NCBI GenBank assembly: GCA_963745235.1
Contig: CAVUXE010000015.1
Location: forward strand, 128,001-192,000
Source: an uncultured Spirochaetota bacterium
GTDB taxonomy: Bacteria; Spirochaetota; Spirochaetia; SZUA-6; Fen-1364
Direction of reading: 5' to 3'
Length of the DNA stretch: 64,000 nucleotides
The position numbers and the translations under genes were made by a program. The notes under the pieces are model-generated. The model was not told where the DNA came from and ran no database searches. It worked only from the letters and a program-made list of their open reading frames with translations. Positions within the stretch are counted from its first letter, which is position 1. Every line of letters starts with the position of its first letter. Below, one piece after another: positions 1 to 10,302 of the stretch.

Positions 1-1183
1 CGGGCTGAGCCGAGATGTAGCGATACGCCTCCGCCGCGAGCGCAAACTGGCGCTCAACGTAGTCCGCCAGGCCCCTTTCCCCCAGCGCCGCAAGGACCGC
101 AAAGAACCGCAGCCCCAGCCCTGCCTTGGTGCATTCCACGGTGCGATGGATGAAATCGAAGCCCGGCTGCTCCTTGTCGTGGAAGAGGTAGCTCGCTTCC
201 TGCTGGAATGCGGCATCCAGGGTACGCGCGTCCCGGACCAGCACGGCCGTACAGAGCGTGGGCGCGCGCATGAGCTTGTGCGCGTCCCAGACCACGGAGT
301 CCGCCAGGGCTATCCCCGATAAGAGACCGCGCAGCCGGGGACTCACCAGCGCGCCGGCTCCGTGAGCGCCGTCCACGTGCAGCCACACCGCCTGCTGGCG
401 GCACGCCTGGGCAACTTCCTGCAGCGGATCATAGAGCCCCACGGCCGTGCTGCAGGCGTTTGCAACGAGCGCGAATGGCCTTCTCCCGTCGTCCTTCACG
501 CGTTGAAAGACTTCCCCGAGACGATCCGGGACTATCCTCCCTGCCGCATCGACGGGAAGCTCATAGATCGCCCGCCGACCCATTCCCATGATTCCGGCCG
601 CTCGAGCCACGGAATAGTGCGACTCCGCGGGGGCAAGCAGCGCGAGATCCGCGGGCGCCCCATCGTTCCACGTCTCGGGGACAAGCCTGCCTCGCGCGGC
701 CAGGAGCGCAGTCAGGTTTGCGAGCGACCCGCCGTGGGTGAGAACGCCTCCCCCGTGGGCCGGGGCCTCCGCGAGTTGCCGGGGCGACGGCGCAGGGACC
801 CATCCCACTTTCTCCAGCATCCAGTTGATGACGAAAAACTCGATTGCAGCAGCTGCCGGGCCCATCTCGTAAATTGCCATCGCGTTGTTCGTGAAGCCGT
901 CGATCATGGACGCCAGGGCACCCGCGGGGTGCGGGACGGCCACCTGGTGGGCAAGGTACGCCGGGTGATGAAGCCGCGTGGTGGAGTCGAGATACCGGCG
1001 GAGGAAACGCGTAAGCTTCTTTCCCCGCATGCCGCCTTCCGTGGCGAGCTTCCTGAGCTCCAGACCGTCAACAAGCTCCTCTATGGGCGGCTGGCGAATG
1101 ACGGGTCGCGCACCACGGACGGACTGCCGGTAGTAGCGCCCCAGCTCTCGCGAGACAATCCGGGCGTCCTGGGCGAAGCTCAT
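1..1183 (-). CDS. PLP-dependent group II amino-acid decarboxylase (DABA/aromatic/glutamate decarboxylase family), runs off left edge; 1-2 apparent frameshifts near 5' end
   Basis: Manual minus-strand translation (not in ORF track): HHPAYLAHQ, YEMGPAAAAIE, SHYSVARAAGIMG, WLHVDGAHG, DSVVWDAHKLM (PLP lysine). ATG at 1183 overlaps the MFS stop (ATGA). Confidence 0.85.
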   Translation of the reverse strand, partial: MSFAQDARIVSRELGRYYRQSVRGARPVIRQPPIEELVDGLELRKLATEGGMRGKKLTRFLRRYLDSTTRLHHPAYLAHQVAVPHPAGALASMIDGFTNNAMAIYEMGPAAAAIEFFVINWMLEKVGWVPAPSPRQLAEAPAHGGGVLTHGGSLANLTALLAARGRLVPETWNDGAPADLALLAPAESHYSVARAAGIMGMGRRAIYELPVDAAGRIVPDRLGEVFQRVKDDGRRPFALVANACSTAVGLYDPLQEVAQACRQQAVWLHVDGAHGAGALVSPRLRGLLSGIALADSVVWDAHKLMRAPTLCTAVLVRDARTLDAAFQQEASYLFHDKEQPGFDFIHRTVECTKAGLGLRFFAVLAALGERGLADYVERQFALAAEAYRYISAQP

Positions 1184-2607
1184 TTGGCCTGCTCCGGGAC
1201 ACGCCGTGCGCCGGTTGCGAGAATGGGTATGGCTGCCGCGCAAACCAGGGCCGCCACGAGAATCACGTTCCCGATCCCGTGCGCGAGCGGACCCCTGCCC
1301 GCCTCAATCACGGTCCCGCGGTTCCCTTCGAGCCTGAGAAGAAGCGGGAGAAGGAGCGATGCAAGCGCAATCCCGAGGGTCATGGCAAGGTTGCGGCCTG
1401 CCGCGGAAACGCTGGAGGCGATGGCGGTCTGCCGGCGGGGAAGGGCATTCATGATCTCTGTGTTGTTCGGGCTCTGGAACAGCGAGCTGCCCAGCGCCAT
1501 GACGACGAACAATGCCGCCATGGCTGCAAAGGAGAGCTCCTGCCGGGCAAGGAACCCAAGAAGAAGAAGCGACGCTGCCGCCACTGAGACGCCGATGGTC
1601 CCATAATGGTCGAACCTGCGCCTGTCGTACAGCCAGCCGCTGGCCGGGGAAGCCACAACCATCACCACGGGCACAATGAGAAACACCAGGCCGACCTGCG
1701 TAGGACGGAACCCCATGACCCCCTGGAAATAGAAAGGACCGACGATGTTGATCATGAAGTTCGAGATGAAGAAGAGCATCATCGCAAGGACGGGGTACAG
1801 GAAAGCCCTGTTCGCGAACAGCCGCAGGTCCAGGAGCGGCTTCGCGGCTGAGCGCTCGAGCAGGATGAACCCGACGGTGGAAGCGGCGAACACGGCTGCC
1901 AGCAGAAACGCCCCGACGGAAGCTCCCGTCAGTGACTCCACCTGCGACAGGAAGAGCATGAGGGAGAACAGCGAAACGGCCAGAGTGCCGGCGCCCGCCC
2001 AGTCCATGTCCAGCGTCGCGCTGCGCTCCTCGTGAACCCTGAGAAAGATGAGCGCGCAGGTCACCAGGATGATCCCGATGGGAACGTTGATCAGGAAGAT
2101 GTACTGCCAGCCCAGGGTGTCCACCAGGAAGCCTCCGAGGATCGGGCCAAGGATGCTGCCCACCGCGACAGTGGACCCCAGGTAGCCCATGGCCCTCCCC
2201 CGCTCCTGCGGCGGGAATGCCAGGAAGAGGATGGCTCCGCTGATGCTGAACACCATCGCCCCTCCGATGGCCTGGACGACCCGGAACGCAACCAGCTCGG
2301 CGAGGCTCGTCGACAGGCCGCACGCAAAGGAAGCGACGGTAAAGAGCGAAAAACCCCCGATGAACAACGGGACCTTTCCGGTGGAGTCGGAAAGCCTTCC
2401 GAAGAACAGGAGAAGAGCGGTCAAGGTGACCATGTACCCGGTGATGGACCACTGGGAGAGACCGATGTCGACATGAAACGCTGCCGTGATGGTGGGAAGA
2501 GCGATGTTCACCACGATCCCATCAAGCACGGACATGAGCACGCCCGCGAGAACAATGACCATGATGACATACTTGTGTGTCGTGCGCGCCGGTGACTGAG
2601 ACTTCAT
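1180..2607 (-). CDS. MFS drug:H+ antiporter, DHA2 (EmrB/QacA-like, 14 TM)
   Basis: LDGIVVNIALPTI, GRLSDSTGK motif A, ERGRAMG, WQYIFLINVPIG; GGAGGGAG SD upstream of ATG 2607. Confidence 0.9.
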   Translation of the reverse strand: MKSQSPARTTHKYVIMVIVLAGVLMSVLDGIVVNIALPTITAAFHVDIGLSQWSITGYMVTLTALLLFFGRLSDSTGKVPLFIGGFSLFTVASFACGLSTSLAELVAFRVVQAIGGAMVFSISGAILFLAFPPQERGRAMGYLGSTVAVGSILGPILGGFLVDTLGWQYIFLINVPIGIILVTCALIFLRVHEERSATLDMDWAGAGTLAVSLFSLMLFLSQVESLTGASVGAFLLAAVFAASTVGFILLERSAAKPLLDLRLFANRAFLYPVLAMMLFFISNFMINIVGPFYFQGVMGFRPTQVGLVFLIVPVVMVVASPASGWLYDRRRFDHYGTIGVSVAAASLLLLGFLARQELSFAAMAALFVVMALGSSLFQSPNNTEIMNALPRRQTAIASSVSAAGRNLAMTLGIALASLLLPLLLRLEGNRGTVIEAGRGPLAHGIGNVILVAALVCAAAIPILATGARRVPEQAK

Positions 2608-2618
2608 TACTCCCTCCG

Positions 2619-3008
2619 CTATGCAAACCACTGGCGCGCTGGCGCCATGCCTTCAACACGGGCCTGGGTCATCTCCCGTCGCGCATCGATCTCCATCTGG
2701 TACGCTGCCGCTGCAATCTGGCGCAGGGCCGGGGAAGAAGCCCCCGTGGATGCAATCTGAAGGAGGAACTCCGCCTGCATGATGATCGCCTGGGGAGTAG
2801 CCATGGAAAGGCGGGGGGATGAGTGTCCCTGGCTTCCCGGAAGGCTTGGCGCGGCCGTGCCTTGGGCGGCCGAAGCGCTTCGAGACGAGTCTCCAACCCC
2901 CCGGGCATCCGGGACCCGTGCGTCCGTGACCCGAGGGTTCGGCTGTGTAATTCTCAATGCGGCGTCAGCCCGCGGGAGGAGCGCCCCCACTCTGCCGAGA
3001 GGACTCAT
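2619..3008 (-). CDS. hypothetical protein with low-complexity N-terminus and helical C-terminus resembling the SprA-related family
   Basis: GGAGGG SD before ATG 3008 and TATAAT at 3047-3052; C-terminus SSPALRQIAAAAYQMEIDARREM recalls the SprA-related PSxQDRxVAAxAxxMExxAR pattern (by eye). Confidence 0.45.
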   Translation of the reverse strand: MSPLGRVGALLPRADAALRITQPNPRVTDARVPDARGVGDSSRSASAAQGTAAPSLPGSQGHSSPRLSMATPQAIIMQAEFLLQIASTGASSPALRQIAAAAYQMEIDARREMTQARVEGMAPARQWFA

Positions 3009-3092
3009 TGGATTCCCTCCCTACCCTCCAAGTCTTCTCGTCAGAGATTATACACCTTAGGACTTGCCTGGGACAGTCCTCGCGACGCCCCT

Positions 3093-4370
3093 TCAGCTGA
3101 TGCTCTGGACGGTGTCCCTGGCCGGATCGAACCCGATGAACCGCTTGAAGGACGAGAGGAACATGAAGGGCAAGCCGACTACGACAGCCAGCGCGAAACA
3201 TGCCGCCATGAGAGGCGCCAGGGGAATGAACACCGCAAGCACGCCGGCAAGGGCGAATGCGACTGGCGTCAACCCCTGCGTCACCATCCCCATCAGGGAG
3301 AAAACCTTGCCGCGCATGTCCTGGGGAACGGCAAGCTGCATGACTGACATGATGAACACGTTCAAGACCGCGTTCGCGAAGCCGGAGAGGGCCAGCAGCG
3401 CCGCCGCAACGGGGAAGGCGCCGACAAACGGGAAGGCAATCATGGTGGCAAGCGACGTGATGCCCGTGACCTGGAACAGGAAAAAGCGGAGCGCGGGAGG
3501 AATCTTAACAACCGCGGTGAAAGCCATGCCCAGAAACATGCCGCCGGTGAACAGGGACATGGCAATTCCGTATTTCACGGGCCCCAGCGCGGGGTTCCTC
3601 TGGTAGAAGGGCAGGAATAGCATGAAAGCCATGTTCGCAAAGAAGTTGATCACCGCGGCGATCAGGATGAGGGAGCGAAGCCCTCGGATGGTCCACACGA
3701 AGGACAGGCCCTTTTTCAGGTCTGTCCAGAAGTGAGCTGTGGCTTCCGCGTGATGAACGCGCGGGAACCTGGCAAAAAGCAGGTTGGCCGCGGAGAAAAG
3801 GTATGACAGACCGTTGAAGAGAAAAAGAAGCGGCGCGCCCAGAAGCTGGAAAAGTACTCCACCCGCGGAGTTGCCAATGATGTTCCCGCCCGTTTGCAGC
3901 ATGCTGAAGACGGAATTGGCCTGGACAACCTTGGCGCGGGACGTGATATCCGGGATCACCGAGCCGACGGCGGGAGTGAAGAAGGCTCCGCAGAGCCCGA
4001 GAATAATGCCCGCGGCAAAGACCATCCACACCTGGAGAAATCCCGCGAATGCGGCGACGCCCACGGCAACGACGGCTGCGCCCCGCACGGCGTCCATCCA
4101 GATCATGAGCTTCCTGCGGTCCCCCCGGTCGATCACCACGCCGGCAACGGGGGACACCAGGATGCGGGGAAGAGTGGAAGCTGCCAGCAGCCCACCCATC
4201 AGCGCCGTGGATCCCGTGACGGCAAGGATCCAGAACCCAAGCGCGATGGCGTACACCACGTCTCCGAGGACCGAAACGAGCTGGCCCTGCCAGAGCAGCA
4301 GGAAGTTCAGGGTCCAGAGGGGCTCGCCCCCCCGGTGTAAGTCGCGCGATGAGCCGGCGATGTCTGCCAT
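3093..4370 (-). CDS. MFS transporter, DHA3/MefA-like
   Basis: FLLLWQGQLVSVLGD, AGVVIDRGDRRKLMIWMD, VPQDMRGKVFS; about 12 hydrophobic segments. Confidence 0.88.
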   Translation of the reverse strand: MADIAGSSRDLHRGGEPLWTLNFLLLWQGQLVSVLGDVVYAIALGFWILAVTGSTALMGGLLAASTLPRILVSPVAGVVIDRGDRRKLMIWMDAVRGAAVVAVGVAAFAGFLQVWMVFAAGIILGLCGAFFTPAVGSVIPDITSRAKVVQANSVFSMLQTGGNIIGNSAGGVLFQLLGAPLLFLFNGLSYLFSAANLLFARFPRVHHAEATAHFWTDLKKGLSFVWTIRGLRSLILIAAVINFFANMAFMLFLPFYQRNPALGPVKYGIAMSLFTGGMFLGMAFTAVVKIPPALRFFLFQVTGITSLATMIAFPFVGAFPVAAALLALSGFANAVLNVFIMSVMQLAVPQDMRGKVFSLMGMVTQGLTPVAFALAGVLAVFIPLAPLMAACFALAVVVGLPFMFLSSFKRFIGFDPARDTVQSIS

Positions 4371-4382
4371 TATGCCCGGCCG

Positions 4383-5469
4383 TCAGCCCGTCTTCTCGGC
4401 CAGCAGCGCGCGCACCCGCTCCCTGTTGTTCCAGAGGGCGCAGCCAGTCGAGGTTTCCGCGAACAGATCATGATTCTCCCGCATCACGGCAAGGAAAGGC
4501 GACCGGAGCGCTTCTTTCAGGGCCATCTGCTTCAGGCTCACGTCCGAATACGGCGCGAACGGGCACGGCTCCAGGTCCCCCGCGGCGTTGATGTGCACGA
4601 ACCCCCGGCCCGATGCGAGGCAACCTCCCTGCTCTTCCTCGTCCCAGGGGACGGCGATGAACACAGCCTTGAAACGGCTCCGGGAATGAAGCGACAAGGC
4701 CCTTCATCTCGTCCCGCTGCGCGTCTGTGATGACCCAGTCCTCCGTTCCTTCGCGGATCGGCGTATACTCGAGGAAGAGGAACAGCCGGCAGCCTTCACG
4801 GATTGCGCTCTCGATGAAACCCGGGTCCGTGACCGTCTGGAAGTTGTTCCGAGTGATCGTAAAGGAGAGGCTGAAAAAGACACCGGCTCTCTTCAGCTCC
4901 TCCATCCTGTGCCGAAGCCTCTCGTGGACCCCGGCTCCCCTGCGGCCGTCCGTCTCTGCCTCGTTTCCTTCGATGCTGAGGACGGGCACCGTGTTCGGCT
5001 GCTCCTTGAGCCGGGAAACGAGCTCATCGTCCAGGAGAAGCCCGTTGGTCACGAGGAGGAAGATAACCGTGCGGAACTCTCTCGTGATGTCCACGATTTC
5101 CGGCCGGACGAGAGGCTCCCCGCCCGCGATCACAAAAAAGGAGACCCCCAGCTCCTCCGCCTCCGCCACGACGCCCCGAAGTGCTTCCGCGGAAAACTCT
5201 TCGGGCGCGTCTCCGCGGATGGCCTGCGCATAGCATCCCTTGCATCGCAGGTTGCACTTGTTTGTGATGCTGAAAATGGCGATGGGAGGGACGGTAATGC
5301 CTTCCGCCGCCACCCGGGCGCGCCGCCGCGCCGCCCCCGCCTGCCACAGCACCGTGCGGGCGAAGAACAGCGCCTGGCTCGGGTGCCGCAGGCTCACGCG
5401 GACGAACTCGGAGAAGAAGATGCGAAGGCCGAGGTTGAGATGCGCAGTAGCGGACATTTTTCGAGCCAT
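4383..5469 (-). CDS. radical SAM/SPASM-twitch protein (frameshift near 4690)
   Basis: CNLRCKGC (CxxxCxxC), GGEPL; C-terminal GGCLASGRGFVHINAAGDLEPCPFAPYS lies in the second frame (4383-4697). Confidence 0.88.
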
Positions 5470-5736
5470 TGGATGACTATCTCCTGCTGCGATGATTTGG
5501 GATGCCGGCCAGCGTAGCGCGAACGGCCTCCCTTGAGAATGGAACACCGGACGTTCAAGGTTTTGCTCCCCAAATTCTCTCTCGTCTCAGCGAGTCTTCC
5601 AAGATTCAGGTCAGCTTCCTTAGTTGATCAGCCTTAGGAGCCAGCGCCCAAAGAGCTTCTTGAAAACCTGTTTGAGCGCCCTGTAAAGGCTAGCTACTGA
5701 AGTGCCCCATATCATGCTGGCAATTGTATAAAGGAA

Positions 5737-7338
5737 GTAACTGTTCAGCTGGTCTGAAGACAGTCAGTCAGGGTTAGGTCTTTTTCAAACGCATTCATGA
5801 GAGCGTCAATAACCGATAGGCCCTGCTTTCTGATCGTTGAGATATAACTTCGTATCCGACAGAATGAGAGCGCTCCCCCATTGCTTCGGAATGCCCCGGA
5901 TACTTTCTGCTGGACCCTCATCATTCTTATATCTCGTTCTGCCAAATTATTGTCGAAGTCAACTCTGAAATCGGTCATGTATCGCAGGGTCTCCTCGCGT
6001 AGTCGTTCAAGTCTTTCCAACAGATTGCGTGCTTTGCTGCGCTTGATCCGGCCCCGTTTTCCGGGGCTGTCTGCCCGATGAGGCGATGGGTTGGCTTTCA
6101 TACCACTTGCGATGATCGCTTTGTAGCGGCTCTCATATTTGCGAATGTCGCAGAGGGGTAGTTTCTTCTTCCCTGTGCGTTTTGCCTGCTCCACAGTTTG
6201 CTTGCTCTCCAGAAGAAGGCCGATCATTTGCTGCGCCCACACTTGGCCACCCGGTTCATAGACCGCCGTGAGTTCTCGAATGTGATGTGCGTTGCACAGC
6301 GAATGCGAGCACCTATATTTCATGTAGGGTTTCCAATTATCATGAACCGCGTTGCCTTTCAGCCGCGGCAGAATTCCTATCTGGTCTGTGGCGGCCGTCC
6401 CGCGCCTCTGATGAGGATAGTAGTAGGTGAACTCCTGAGTGCCCGCCCCGTGCAGCCAGTGCAGTTTGCCGTTGATGCTCAAGCCGGTCTCATCAAAGTG
6501 CACCACTTTCGCCTGAATCAGTTTCTCCTTGATCTGCTCCACAACACCCTCGACTCGTTGCGCACACCGCCGATCGATACTGGCCAGCGTGCCAACGCTG
6601 AGGGGAATGGCGAACAGATCAGCGAAGGCTTGGGCGGCTCGATCGTAGGAAAGAAATCCATAGTTTTTTAGATACACTGCAAATGCCTTCAGCCGTGGAC
6701 CGTACTGTGTTTTGTGACTTACCCCGAGTGGGAACACCGCTACCGAAAACTCGTGGCAGTGGGGGCAGCGCTTGATCTGGGCACGGTGTTCGGTCACATC
6801 CACGGCGATGGGCGGAATATCGAAGACTTGTCGTGACTCATACCCTCGCGGCTTTTGCTGTTGCAGCGACTTGCCGCATCCCTGGCACACTTTGACTTCA
6901 TGAATCATCACCTGCTGCGGGTGTTCGACCATGGACAACGTTGTTCCCTCGTGCCCTTGCTGACCGCCAGGTTTTTTCCCGCTGGATTCTCGTCTCGTAT
7001 GAATCCGTCGATGCAAGCCATCACTGGAGGGAGGCTTATCGCTGTTATGACTGTCCTTGCTGTTCTTCTCCTCCAGCGCTTTGATTCTTTGCGTTAACCT
7101 CTTGATCTGGTCTACCACCTGGTCGATGGTGTTGTCGTGCTGATCCTGTAGATACTCGATGAGAGAAACGATAGCCTCAGGGCCTGCCTTGTATGCATTC
7201 AGAATTTGCTCGCGAGGGATTCGCGGCAGATGATAGTCCTTTTCCTCTCCCATGCAACTGAGCGTGACGGACTTTTTGAGTTTCCGGAATACTTAACATC
7301 CGTCCGGTATTTCACCTCCCGGGGAGCTGAACAGTTAC
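5737..7338 (-). mobile_element. IS66-family insertion sequence (single-ORF, ISBst12-like), 1602 bp
   Basis: Terminal IRs GTAACTGTTCAGC (5737-5749) and GCTGAACAGTTAC (7326-7338); 8-bp TSD TAAAGGAA at 5729-5736 and 7339-7346. Confidence 0.95.
5745..7253 (-). CDS. IS66 family transposase
   Basis: NSDKPPSSD, KKPGGQQGHEG, CxxC zinc motifs, HFDETG, CNAHHIREL, DNNLAERDIR. Confidence 0.95.
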   Translation of the reverse strand: MGEEKDYHLPRIPREQILNAYKAGPEAIVSLIEYLQDQHDNTIDQVVDQIKRLTQRIKALEEKNSKDSHNSDKPPSSDGLHRRIHTRRESSGKKPGGQQGHEGTTLSMVEHPQQVMIHEVKVCQGCGKSLQQQKPRGYESRQVFDIPPIAVDVTEHRAQIKRCPHCHEFSVAVFPLGVSHKTQYGPRLKAFAVYLKNYGFLSYDRAAQAFADLFAIPLSVGTLASIDRRCAQRVEGVVEQIKEKLIQAKVVHFDETGLSINGKLHWLHGAGTQEFTYYYPHQRRGTAATDQIGILPRLKGNAVHDNWKPYMKYRCSHSLCNAHHIRELTAVYEPGGQVWAQQMIGLLLESKQTVEQAKRTGKKKLPLCDIRKYESRYKAIIASGMKANPSPHRADSPGKRGRIKRSKARNLLERLERLREETLRYMTDFRVDFDNNLAERDIRMMRVQQKVSGAFRSNGGALSFCRIRSYISTIRKQGLSVIDALMNAFEKDLTLTDCLQTS

Positions 7339-9222
7339 TAAAGGAAAAAGATAATCAGAGCAGTGGTCACTACGTAACGATACTGGGCGGCAGGAGAGGA
7401 CCATGGAAATGTGAAAAAAGCGCCCGCGCAGAGAACAGCCGACAAGACAAGACAGATAACAAAGGCAGCAGTGCCGCCTAGCCGCTCTGCCCTCCTATTC
7501 ACTCTTTCTTCTACGCCTGCTTCGCGTGTTTCGAGCCGGGCCACAGAGGTCTCCGCGCTCATCCGCATCTTCTGTTCGTTCAAGAGCTCCGCTTGGAGAT
7601 CTGCTCTCAGATTCTCTTTGGCCACTTTTAGAACCTCAGCAACTGTCCCCTCCGTAAAGGCCGAGAGATCTCCTTCCGTCAGATCCATAAGTGACCGTTT
7701 CGCGGTCAGTGAATAGCGGAGCGCATGATATTCATCTGGCGTTATTTCACCCGACTCTTTCAAAAGCGCTGCTTCAGCCAGGTAAGCTTTCCAGAGAGCC
7801 TCGGAAGGCTGCATCGCGGCGAAAGCATCTGCCAGCAGTAGTTTCTCCGGTAGATCTGGTGCACGCGTAGGATTCTTCAGCCAGAGTAGATTGCCCAAAG
7901 AGGAATCTGTGATGCACAGGGCCACTGCACCTTCTGGTGCATCCGCCTGAAAGAAGAGCCTTGTCGTCCGGGCGAGCTCAAAATTGGAGGTGACAAACAG
8001 TGCACCACATTGCTCTATGTCAAAAGCACTTCTGTCACGTCTGAGCTGAGCGACCGCCGCAACGCAATCCACGTCATGAAGTCGAGCCCGGGGGTTAAAA
8101 TATCCAATCGCTTCCTCAATCGCGCGTTCGAACCCCGCCTCATCAAGCTGGAACTCAGCGATCCGGGGCGGCATGTCTTCAACTACGATTCCAAAAGAGC
8201 GGATCCGCGTTGGAAGCCTGGCTATGATCAGCTCGATGTCAGAAGGCGTCTTCCCACTCTCAATGAGCCATTCTACGGTTGGTCCGTAGGCGTCTTGAGG
8301 ATGCCCACTGCGCAAGCGCGCCGCGCAAGCGTCAAGAATACGACGTATTTCATCCAAGGTTACCTGAAAGCACCTGAGGTCGGCTCCATATTCTCTCGCG
8401 AGATTGATTAATTCTTCACAGGGTGCCTGGCGCTCGTCCCCGGCATACCCTAACGCAAAGATAATGACGCTGCTGTCGAGGTAGACGCGAGTATTCCTAA
8501 AGCGTTGCGCTACTCTCCCTGGCTCCGGCAGATACATGGCATTTGCAAGCAGATATCCCTTCACCAATACGGCAAAATCCTCCAAGAGCTGTTGATCAGT
8601 TTCCCGGGCAAGGTTAAGAAAGGTCCCAACCACATAAACAGAGTTCCTGGGTGCCCCGTCCAAAGGGATTGCCGTGCGTTCTGCACGACAATACAAGAGT
8701 TCCAGTCCGTATTCCCCAAGGAACGCTTGAACTGCTTGGTTTGCCTGGTCCTCTGTCCATTCCGAGTTGTGCTTGGTACGTGCATACTCGATCAACCGTC
8801 CAACAATCCGGTCATAGAGTCCGATGACCATGTTCCGGGCGTCAGCGAAGCCGCTATTCGAAAGACGATCGCGTTCGCGATAGAAAACACCAGACTGCCG
8901 TCTCACCAAGCCATGCTTCGCGGCCCGGTTCAGCATCTGTCGAAGTGGATTCAGAGGCAATTGCAGGCCGAACCTATTCTTGATATCAACCTGGAGATCT
9001 GGTAGAGACACGACATCGTCGGGACTGTTGCGCAACGATTCGGCAATAAGCGGCACGAAGTTCTCAATGTAGTCCCTGCCGAGACGGTCCCAATTGACTT
9101 TGAGAATAGCCAAGCTGGCAATTGATGAACTTTTCATTTCACCTGCACCTCTGGGGAACCCCTGCGGCATTATAGGCGGCGAAGCGACGTGCTTCTACCG
9201 TTGGACGCTACGGGCTTCCCTC

Positions 9223-9370
9223 GCCCCCCTTGCCGCCCCCCCTCCCAGCCCCACCCCCCTGCTTACCCCCCGGCTAGGGTACCCTATGGTCGTCTGGGAG
9301 GGGGAGGCTCAAAAGGGGGGCTTCGGTGGCGGTACGCTCGCTACGGCTCCGCCTCCACTCACTACCGCCA
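9223..9370. repeat. long GC-rich imperfect inverted repeat with central palindrome, followed by a second hairpin
   Basis: GCCCCCCTT (9223) pairs with AAGGGGGGC (ending 9321); CCCCCTCCCAG pairs with CTGGGAGGGGG; TAGGGTACCCTA at 9275-9286; TGGCGGTA/TACCGCCA at 9327-9370. Confidence 0.6.
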
Positions 9371-9618
9371 GCCCTCCGCTACGGTGGTGAGAGAGGCTGC
9401 CGTGCTGGCGCACATACCGAGGGGCCGTGGGTGACGCGGCGTCTGGCGCCCTCGGGGCGCATCCCGGTCGTAATGGTCGGCTTCGGTGCGGAGCGCCCAT
9501 CGCCGCGGCGCGCGCGTGCTTGCCGTGCAGGCGCAGTTGGTGTAGAGATCGCCGACGCCGGACTGTCCAGTAGGCTCGCCCTTTCTTTCGATCTGCCGAA
9601 TGCGGTACTGTAAGGGCC

Positions 9619-10302
9619 ATGCCGGATTTCGACATACAGGCGCTCGATTCGCTCGAGCCAGGGGACGACAAGGCGGACAAGGCATTCGACCGCTACAGGC
9701 GTAGCCTCGTGGACCTGTTCTGTGCGTCGGGTGAAGGTCAAGCACTCGAAACGAGGCATGGATACGCCGGCTTCTGGGCGGGATGCCTGTTGGATCTCGG
9801 GTTCAATCATATCGGGGTTGCGTTGCCGAACATGACCGTCTCAGACCTCCAGGAGATCGTTACCGGCTACTTTCCCAGGAAGGTGTCCCTGCGATCGTCC
9901 GGAGAAGCAGAAGAAATCATTCCGGAGCTGATCGCGTTCTGGCGATTTCTGGGCCGAGAGTTCGCGCTGAAAACAGCGGATAGCGCTCTCCGCTATCTCG
10001 CTGAGATACAGAACTCGTTCGTGGGAATCATGAACGATCCCTCGAGGTTCGGGACGGCGAAGTCGCTGTTCATGCAGGGCCAGGCCGCCGGTTTCGATAT
10101 GAGCGACCAAGACCAGATGAACATGTTCGTTGCGGCCTGCAACGCAAGGGTTGCGACCGACCGGGAGGATGCTTCAGCGGGGGCGCCGACGAGGCCCGAG
10201 TTGCCGGGCGACGATCCGCGCGCGAACCGCAACCAAGCCCGGAAGCTGAGAAGGCGGATCACGGGGATCTCGAAGAAACACCCACGGAGGAAGCGACGAT
10301 GA
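9619..10302 (+). CDS. hypothetical protein with basic C-terminal tail
   Basis: 227-aa ORF with protein-like composition; DPSRFGTAKSLFMQGQAAGFDM segment; overlaps next ORF (ATGA). Confidence 0.7.
   Translation: MPDFDIQALDSLEPGDDKADKAFDRYRRSLVDLFCASGEGQALETRHGYAGFWAGCLLDLGFNHIGVALPNMTVSDLQEIVTGYFPRKVSLRSSGEAEEIIPELIAFWRFLGREFALKTADSALRYLAEIQNSFVGIMNDPSRFGTAKSLFMQGQAAGFDMSDQDQMNMFVAACNARVATDREDASAGAPTRPELPGDDPRANRNQARKLRRRITGISKKHPRRKRR

Larger units (their letters stand above)
5620..9137 (-). pseudogene. about 635-aa PIN-like domain protein with C-terminal coiled coil and two TM helices, interrupted by IS66
   Basis: ORF 7338-9137 contains VYLDSSVII...TLDEI...HDVDCV...FVTSN; removing the IS plus one TSD copy restores the frame ...IIFFL-YTIASMIWGTSVASLYRALKQVFKKLFGRWLLRLIN* (stop 5620-5622). 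Confidence 0.75.

Noticed and set aside
362-1606. 414-aa plus-strand ORF and the many similar long antisense ORFs (e.g. 17493-18995, 36747-38183, 41594-43057)
   Set aside because: Shadow frames opposite well-supported genes in high-GC DNA; no motifs.
2887-3006. Structured leader RNA or riboswitch (ends GAGTC/GACTC pair; partial TPP-like GGGGCGC..TGAGA)
   Set aside because: Lacks the conserved core of any riboswitch I recognise, lies inside an ORF with a good SD, and stems are expected by chance at this GC content. An Rfam scan would settle it.
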